Source: Octopus bimaculoides
Taxonomy: Eukaryota
Direction: 5' to 3'
Length of the DNA stretch: 41,270 nucleotides
Assembly: GCF_001194135.2 (NCBI RefSeq)
Contig: NC_068989.1
Span: 13,842,414 to 13,883,683, forward strand
In this document: positions 34,617-41,270 of the stretch, one piece after another
Numbering within the stretch: the stretch's first letter is position 1
Layout: each line of letters starts with the position of its first letter
Made by a program: the position numbers and the translations under genes
Notes under the pieces: model-generated
Database searches by the model: none
What the model saw: the letters and a program-made list of their open reading frames with translations, nothing else
Told to the model about the DNA's origin: nothing

Positions 34617-35016
34617 NNNNNNNNNNNNNNNNNNNNNNNNNNNNNNNNNNNNNNNNNNNNNNNNNNNNNNNNNNNNNNNNNNNNNNNNNNNNNNNNNNNN
34701 NNNNNNNNNNNNNNNNNNNNNNNNNNNNNNNNNNNNNNNNNNNNNNNNNNNNNNNNNNNNNNNNNNNNNNNNNNNNNNNNNNNNNNNNNNNNNNNNNNNN
34801 NNNNNNNNNNNNNNNNNNNNNNNNNNNNNNNNNNNNNNNNNNNNNNNNNNNNNNNNNNNNNNNNNNNNNNNNNNNNNNNNNNNNNNNATATATATATTAT
34901 TTATATTATTATATATAAATATATATATGTATATATAGATATATATATATATATGTGTGTGTGTGTCTACATATATATATGTATATAAATATGTGAGTGT
35001 GTGAGTGTGTGTTTGC

Positions 35017-35063
<47 letters not shown>

Positions 35064-35651
35064 TGGTTTAGATAACCATTACAGCACAAGTCGTAGAGAA
35101 ACAACCTCAAAGCATATAGAACGGTTTAGGCATTTACCTTACGATTCAATATTTCGGCACTAAAACGCCTGTTTCAAAAGAGCAAACAAATTCTTAGCTT
35201 TGATCTGCTCAAATATATATGTGTAAATTGGGATGTGTGACAAATGTTGCGCTGATTTTCTCTGTTTCATTAGTTTGCTAATTAGTTTTGCACAGATCTT
35301 GTATCTTGATGCTTTAGTGACGAAATTTGTATTAATTAAATCCGTATATGAACAACAGACAGGATTTGCGTTCTGATAATTGGATAATATAACCCTACCA
35401 AACTACGCACGTCGAAGACCAACTTTCCTCACTCGCGCCTATCGATACTGATCAGATCTAACTTTCAATAAAGGTTTTTTAAAGCTGAAATACTGATGTA
35501 TAAAGTGAAACTCTCAGCCGTTGATTTTATTTGGCTTCTGTTTCCTTCTGATTATTTCTCACTTGTAGGAGCTTCCTTAAACACCGTTGACTCTACTCCA
35601 TGCAGTTACATACAAACTATACTATACAAATATAAATATAGAAATAAAGAT

Positions 35652-35870
35652 ATATTCTTTTCTACTCTAGGTAGAAGGCCCGATATTTTGGGGAAGGGAG
35701 CCAGTCGATTAGATTGACTCCACTACGCAACTGGTACTTAACTTATCGGCCCCGAAAAGATAAAAGGCAAAGTCGACCACGGCAGAATTTGAACTCAGAA
35801 CGTAAAGACAGAAGAAATACTGCTAAGCATTTCGCCCGGCGTGCTGACGATTCTGCCAGCTCGCCGCCTT
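35652..35870 (-). mobile_element. SINE family B1, full-length
   Basis: atattcttttctactctagg...ggcccgatattttgggg...ttctgccagctcgccgcctt. Confidence 0.95.
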
Positions 35871-35890
35871 AAACTCAGTAATAAATAATG

Positions 35891-36262
35891 CCTTCTACTA
35901 TAGGCACAAGGGCTGAAATTTTAGGGACGGAGACTAGTCGATTACGTCACTGGTTTCTTAATTTATCGACCTCGAAATGATGAAAGGCAAAGTCAACCCC
36001 GGCAGAATTTGAACTCAGAACGTAGCGAAGAGCGAAATACCTATTTCGTTATTGCCCACAAGGGGCTAAACATAGAGGGAACAAACAAGAACAGACGAAC
36101 GGATTAAGTCGATTACATCGACCCCAGTGCGTAACTGGTACTTAATTTATCGACCCCGAAAGGATGAAAGGCAAAGTCGACCTCGGCGGAATTTGAACTC
36201 AGAACGTAATACCGTTAAGCATTTCGCCCGGTATGGTAACGATTCTGGCAGCTCGCCACCTT
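35891..36262 (-). mobile_element. SINE B2 (36042-36262) fused to a headless B1 (35891-36041), flanked by about 20-bp imperfect direct repeats
   Basis: Junction gaaatacc|tatttcgttattgccc. Flanks are ttaaactcagtaataaataat (35869-35889) and ttaattcagttataaataat (36261-36280). Confidence 0.88.
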
Positions 36263-36693
36263 AATTCAGTTATAAATAATAGCTTATAATTCATTAGGTT
36301 ACAACTCAAAAGTTTAGAACCAAAGGGTGAGAACAGCCTTACAAACTCGAATCACACCTCTTCTGTAATACCATACAAACGTGCTGCTAATTACACCAAA
36401 CCGACCTTCCGACTTCGAACAAACCCAACTTCGATGCATTAATCTTACCAACTAGAAAATTTATTCATTTATGCATTTTCTTCAGTTGTTTTTGTTTTGT
36501 TTTGTTTTGTTTTTCTTCTGATGTTTCCAAGCCATGATCTCACTCAATTAATGCTGTTAGAATTTATTGTAAGTCTTTCGCTCTATTGGCGTCTTGCAAC
36601 AATGTGATGTGACGCCGCTAATTACGCCTCAGTTGCTGTTAAGACGGCACTTTACGCTGCTATACAAACGGCTTCTTGCATACAATTTTTTTG

Positions 36694-36905
36694 TCTTTTA
36701 TTTTTTACTTGTTTCAGTTGTTAAACTGCGGCCATGCTGGGGCACCGCCGTGAAGAATTTTTTGATGAATGAATAGAAACCCAAAACATTTTATTTTTTA
36801 ATTTTTTTTAAAGCCTGGTACTTATTCTATCGATCTCCTTGCCGGTCCTCTAAGTTACAGGAACGTAAACACACCAACACGGTGATTGGGGGACAAACAC
36901 AAACA
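36694..36905 (-). mobile_element. SINE family A, 3' half
   Basis: ttacttgtttcagtt...tgcggccatgctggggcaccgcc...gcctggtacttattctatcg...ggggacaaacac. Confidence 0.88.
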
Positions 36906-36942
36906 CAAACACACACACATGCATATATACATATGTATATGT

Positions 36943-36998
<56 letters not shown>

Positions 36999-36999
<1 letters not shown>

Positions 37000-37650
37000 A
37001 GAGCGCGTGGCCTATTGGTTAGGGTGTTGCACTCGTTATCTAGTGATCGTGAGTTCAATTCCTAGACCTGGTGGTGCGTTGTGTTCTTGAGCAAAACACT
37101 TTATTGCACGTTGCTCAGTAATCGCTTCGACACCTGATGTGTGGTACACCGTGCAGTGGAGGCGCAATGGCCCAGCGGTTAGGGTAGCGGACTCGTGGTA
37201 GTAGGATCGCGGTTTCGATTCCCAGACCGGGCGTTGTGAGTGCTTATTGAGTGAAAACACCTAAAGTTCCACAATGCTCTGGCAGGGGTTGGTGGCGAAC
37301 CCTGCTCTACTCTTTCACCACAACTTTCTCTCACTCTTACTTCCTGTTTCTGTTGTACCTGTAATTCAAAGGGGCCAGCTTTGTCACACTGTGTCACGCT
37401 GAATATTCCCGAGAACTACGTTAAGGGTAAACGTGTCTCTGGAATGCTCAGCCACTTACACGTTAATTTCACGAGCAGGCTGTTCTGTTGAGCGGATCAA
37501 CTGGAACCGTCGTCGTCGTAACCGACGGAGTGCCAACCGACCAACCAACCAACCAACCAACCAGCCAAGGTACACGGTGCAATTGTTAAGGCAACGTTGA
37601 ATATATAGAAAGAGTGAGCTAATATGCTGCACGAACATGACATTTTCCTT
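36999..37650 (+). mobile_element. SINE family D, interrupted by a family C insertion
   Basis: Head gagagcgcgtggcctattggttagg and B-box gagttcaattcc. The body runs to 37155 and appears to resume at 37569. The right boundary is approximate. Confidence 0.7.
37156..37568 (+). mobile_element. SINE family C, full-length with (CCAA)n tail and 13-bp TSD
   Basis: ggaggcgcaatggcccagcggttagg A-box and ggtttcgattccc B-box. TSD ggtacac(c/g)gtgca at 37143-37155 and 37569-37581. Confidence 0.92.
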
Positions 37651-38544
37651 TTTTTCCTTTTAGTGTTGATAAAAATACCCCAAACCCGGACTTTGGTTTG
37701 GCCTAACTTCATTAACATCGGATCAAACGCCTTGCAGTTGTCACGGTTCTTTGCGACCTGAGTTCAAACTCCAGCACAGCCTATTTGGTGAGTAAATTTA
37801 ACAACATGGAACCCTGATTAACTTTAGCGGAGTGCATGCTGTAACAAACATTCGGGTCGCTGATGTGGGGAAATCTTCCACCTCCTGCAAGTCACGCAGG
37901 TCTTCTAAAGAAACATACAACACTGCCATATCTACTAACTAAAAAATTTAAAAGAACCATCCATTTTCTCTTTAAGGTTAATATCTACATTATTTACACA
38001 ACAAAAAATTCAAGTTCTTGAATTTTTAATTTAATTTCTTTCATTTATATTTTTATGTATTTTATTTCGTTTATTTCTTATATATTTTATCTTATTTATT
38101 TTATATATATTCTGTTTCCTTTATTTTTTATAAATTTATTTCTTTTAGTTTCCTTTCCCGAAATAAGAGCGATATTTTAATTCTTCAAGAATGTTTGGAG
38201 TTCCTCATATCACCATATCATTTTTTATCCGGCTTATGTGGACTCAAGCCATTGACCTAATTCAGTTATTTCCGTCAGCTTAATTTATGTATATATGATC
38301 TCTTGTGTATGAATAGGTGTGAGTAATATATACATGTATGTATGTATGTATGTATGTATGTATGTATGTATGTATTTGCATGTATATTTATATCTATGCA
38401 CGCACTCGCTCGCAGTGAAATTCCGATCGGGTGATCATCATAGTAACAATCAAAGAAAGAGAAAACGAACTCGCTGATTCAGGGAAAACATATCTGGTTT
38501 ACCTTTTATTTACAGCATTGGCATATTGTAAGGAAACAATGAAA

Positions 38545-38554
38545 CGTATGTCTT

Positions 38555-38623
<69 letters not shown>

Positions 38624-38880
38624 ATACATATATCCATACATAAATACATATACATACGAAAATACACACATAATATATTTATGCAAGTGTATGTATGTAT
38701 GTATGTATGTACTATATATATATTTATGAATGTGTGTGTACATATACATATACTTACGTACATGCATAAGTACATACACGCAGACGCACACATACATACA
38801 TACACACATACATACATACATACATACATACATACATACATACATACATACATTACATACATACATACATATACACATGA
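38545..38880. repeat. (TA)n/(CATA)n compound microsatellite tract
   Basis: Direct reading. Confidence 0.9.
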
Positions 38881-39938
38881 ACTGATACACGTGTATAATT
38901 GCATCCGCCACCCAATCCCGCAGACAAACCGCTCCCACAGTTTGACAGCAGAACCATTGTAATAACTGTTATGCGTCTACAAGATCTACAATCTACATGG
39001 AATGTGAGACAATAAAATATTCTGATGCCATGACAATCAATCACTTATACGACCCCGTCAGCGACGTGGCCAGCTACTATCTATGAGGTTCTGAGTTCAA
39101 TTTCCGCTTAACTAATTGTATCGCCTGAAAAAAAAATTCGCTTTTCTTTTAATTTTTTTTTACATTTTTTTTTTTGTTTTTGCATTTATATTGTCTTGGT
39201 TAAGTTTTCTGAATTCCTTTCCTGAAGAAAAAGAAACCATGTAAAAAATAAAAAAGTGGCTGATGTTAAAGTTTGGGGAGCCGGGATCATACTTGACATG
39301 TTTATTCTATAAAACGAAATAAGAAAAAAAATGGGCCAAAAAATAAAGGAAGAAAGAGCATTAATAATCGTGATTGGTTGAGCCGGCTGACCCCTCTCAC
39401 TTGCAATGCTCTGATTAAATTCCTGAAGAAACCATGCCAAAGAAAACTGCTTTTATTCCTCTCGAAACATAAAGGCAGTAAGAGGAAATTTTAAGGAGAA
39501 TTGACAGGGTGATAGTGTTATCAATAATGTCACATAAAGCAATCCGAAGCCATGGTATTCGGCAATGTAACAGTATTGAAGCAATGGAGTTTATCAGATT
39601 ATCAGCATGGTTAATCTTGGTCGTATCAGTCATTAGAATGCGGATATACCGGAGGAACACGTCTAGTATTCACGCAAATAATTATGTCAGTCATAGTACT
39701 GACATATCGATAGTTATATATCGAATCGCTACATCGTGTCGTGCTTGTGACGTAAGGAGAAACAATATGATATGTCTGTTTCCGCTCGTAAACATAAACA
39801 CTGGCAGGAATATCAACACGAACATGCGCATGCACACCATACACGCACAAACTGGGATGCATAGATGCATACACGCATGCACATGCGCATATATATACGA
39901 CTATCTATATTTATTTGTATAATATACATACATATATA

Positions 39939-40093
39939 GGCGCAGGCGTGGCTGTGTGGTAAGAAGCTTGAAGTAAGAACCAACTACATGGTTCCGGGCT
40001 CAGTCCCACTGCGTGGCAAGTGTCTTCTATAGCCTCAGGCCGACAAAAACCTTGTGAGTGGATTTGACAGACGGAAACTGAAAGAAGCCCGTC

Positions 40094-40137
<44 letters not shown>

Positions 40138-40253
40138 GACGTATATACGAGTAAGTATTAGGGTTATAAGTCCTCGGGTCGATTGTTCGACTAAAGGCAC
40201 TGCTCCATCATGGCCGCAATCAAATGACTGAAACAAGAAAACGAAGAAAAGAA
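39939..40253 (+). mobile_element. SINE family A with internal deletions and (TA)n linker
   Basis: ggcgcaggcgtggctgtgtggtaag...gaagcccgtcg(TA)n...gggtcgattgttcgactaaaggc...gcaatcaaatgactgaaacaag. Confidence 0.92.
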
Positions 40254-40390
40254 TATATATATATATGTGTGTGTATATATATGTATATATATGCACACAT
40301 ACACAACTGTATGTAAGCGTGAAAACGAGTGTATGAGGGTATATATCTAGGTACACAAGGCAAATTCCTTATTAGGATACTGATTTAAAT

Positions 40391-40474
40391 GTGTCTGAGG
40401 AGAGTCATTCTCTTTTAGTGCCTTAGTGTGTTAAATTAATAAGGCATTAAAAGAGAATGACTCTACCCAGACAC
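40391..40474. repeat. 84-bp fold-back element (35-bp arms, 14-nt loop), MITE-like
   Basis: gtgtctgaggagagtcattctcttttagtgcctta / taaggcattaaaagagaatgactctacccagacac, 32/35 complementary. Confidence 0.85.
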
Positions 40475-40564
40475 AATAAAATATGCTTCAACACACGAAT
40501 TCACATAAAGAATCTTGCAAACTAAATACAATAACGAAACGTTGATTGTTTTAAGAAGAAAAAT

Positions 40565-40651
40565 AATGATGATGATGATGATGCCGATGACGACGATGAC
40601 GACGATGGTGGTGATGATGATGATGAGGGTGACGATGTTGATGACGACGAC

Positions 40652-40744
<93 letters not shown>

Positions 40745-40761
40745 CTCCTTTCATCATCTTT

Positions 40762-40821
<60 letters not shown>

Positions 40822-40864
40822 TTCATCATCATCTTCATCATCATCATCATCATCGTCGTCGTCG
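40565..40864. repeat. Inverted trinucleotide microsatellite: (GAT)n - ctccttt - (CAT)n
   Basis: The two arms are reverse complements separated by a 7-nt spacer at 40745-40751. Confidence 0.9.
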
Positions 40865-41270
40865 TTGTTTTTCAAAGCAACATGCTTTTCAAGAACTAGC
40901 ATTTCCCGGAATGTTTTCTTTTAATTTCTTCACAGAAAACAGAATGTGGGTGGAGCTAGCCCATATCCCACTTTTGTATCGCCTACCCGTCACCTACTTC
41001 TTTCTTATACACAAGGAAAGTACACGGAGGTATTTAGTTAAGCGTATGTTAATTAAAAAGGACTTTGTTAAAGAATGCAAAAGAAATATATCACCGAACA
41101 TAGTTACGCTTCTTGTAGTGTGAATGATAAATTGTCAGAATATATATAAATACACACGCACATACTTATACATACATACATACATAAACACATACATACA
41201 TGAATACATACATACATGTATTTATATATGTGTGTGTGTGTATGTATATATATATATATATATATATATA

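Overview
AT-rich eukaryotic genomic DNA from a draft assembly. About 12 N-gaps are present, most flanked by (TA)n. The density of microsatellites and the tRNA-derived SINE families suggest a cephalopod (octopus); this is inferred from repeat content only. No complete protein-coding gene can be supported, and almost all ORFs in the supplied track are microsatellite or N-gap artefacts. The window is a mosaic of: (i) over 20 copies or fragments of four tRNA-derived SINE families (labelled A-D here), several in head-to-tail arrays or nested with target-site duplications (TSDs); (ii) two pieces of R4/Dong-clade non-LTR retrotransposons, both sitting in (TAA)n tracts; (iii) a decayed Ty3/Gypsy integrase with a probable LTR; (iv) an RTE-clade LINE 3' end; (v) two copies of a Tc1/mariner-type MITE, a pogo/Tigger-like end and other fold-back elements. 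The most interesting signal is a set of minimal type I hammerhead-ribozyme (HHR) motifs. One is near-canonical (18384-18429) and appears to belong to a small tRNA-headed element split by a Dong-like insertion. Another is a 70-bp palindrome made of two head-to-head hammerhead cores (8934-9003). A few possible orphan exons are noted at low confidence.
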